Positions 63,070-64,000 of a stretch of DNA of 64,000 nucleotides are shown piece after piece; within the stretch, counting starts at the first letter, position 1; every line of letters starts with the position of its first letter. The notes beneath the pieces are model-generated. The model ran no database searches, had not been told where the DNA came from, and was given only the letters and a program-made list of their open reading frames with translations. The stretch covers positions 18,042,001 through 18,106,000 of the forward strand of contig JBHGNT010000003.1 of NCBI GenBank assembly GCA_043228905.1, given 5' to 3'. A program made the translations under genes and the position numbers. Source of the stretch: Azolla caroliniana (Eukaryota; Plantae; Polypodiophyta).

Positions 63070-63260
63070 GCTCTGATACCATGTAAGTGAAGTTAGAACA
63101 AGGTAGAACAATGTAGATATTTTGGAACAATGTAGAACAAGGTATATCTTATATTAAGACAAACAAATGTATTACAATATAAGAATATTTTGGAACAATG
63201 TAGAACAAGGTATATCTTATATTAAGACAAACAAATGTATTACAATATAAGAATCTACCG
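63070..63260 (-). mobile_element. Copia-type PBS and LTR remnant with ~69-bp tandem duplication
   Basis: GCTCTGATACCA followed by TG at 63070-63083, then a duplicated block TATTTTGGAACAATG...TATAAGAAT. Confidence 0.55.
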
Positions 63261-64000
63261 TAACAACTCAAATGTAGTACTACTATAAGAACTGAAACAT
63301 AGTACCACACCCACTAAACTAAACAATACTTCACAGATATATACATAGAAGTAACGGGTAGTTGTTACTTCTTTGTAACTGTTATTTTGACTTTTCTTAA
63401 TGTTCTTGTGTAATTGTTAGTCTTAATCCTCATAAGCAATGTTTTATCATTTTGTGGTGTCAGCTATGGCAATTATGTGTACAAATGTGTCCATTTGGTT
63501 GCTATGAATGTAGAGATATTAAATGTAATGTAGTTCACATTAACTCGGAGGGGATCAAGTTCTGAATTTCGAATCTATGCTTAGACATTATACTTTAGTT
63601 TGGATACAAATGTTAAATTAATCGTCAATAACTGTTCCAAAAAATGAAAATGAATTTATCAGGGGTCTACAAATTAATTATTAATGTTTTTTTTTGCTAT
63701 ATTTACTGATTCATAGTAACTAATTGACTAACATATCACAGTTAATTAAGGAGAGCAATTTGTATCGATAAAATATAGTGGCAAATGTCATGCGAAGTAA
63801 CTATACGATTCATTACTGTATGTATAACAACAATGAGATTGAGCTACAATGGCATAGTGAATTTGGCAATTGATTTGTATTATATCATACTGAGATTATC
63901 TTCTTGATCATTCATGATCGTAATCATCATCATCCTTATTTATAAATTACAGTAAAGTCGGGCTTGAATTAATTGCATATAATATATTATATACTGTCTA

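Overview
Land-plant nuclear DNA; a non-seed plant such as a fern is plausible, but that is only inferred from gene and TE content. The first ~39 kb is a deep nest of transposons. A degenerate Gypsy is interrupted by a Copia (2302-27370, TSD AGAGT). The Copia integrase is in turn split by a TIR DNA transposon (3849-25005; 27-bp perfect TIRs, degenerate 8-bp TSD, ~9.2 kb once later insertions are removed). That DNA transposon is the main find. It carries two divergent genes: a DDE-like transposase (minus strand) and a six-exon plus-strand gene encoding a ParB/Srx-like region fused to a prokaryote-type beta-class amino (N6-adenine/N4-cytosine) DNA methyltransferase. Intron 1 of the MTase gene holds eight 25-bp palindromes at an exact 51-bp period. 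Both genes were later disrupted, by a deleted Copia (itself holding a young Gag-only LTR element) and by a tRNA-Trp-primed Gypsy. Next come LINE and Copia fragments and a gene island: a multi-exon ICP55/Xaa-Pro aminopeptidase homolog with most catalytic residues substituted, a P-class PPR gene and a PLS-class PPR gene. A second Copia/LTR nest closes the window. All boundaries, splice sites and motif calls were read by eye; no database searches were run.
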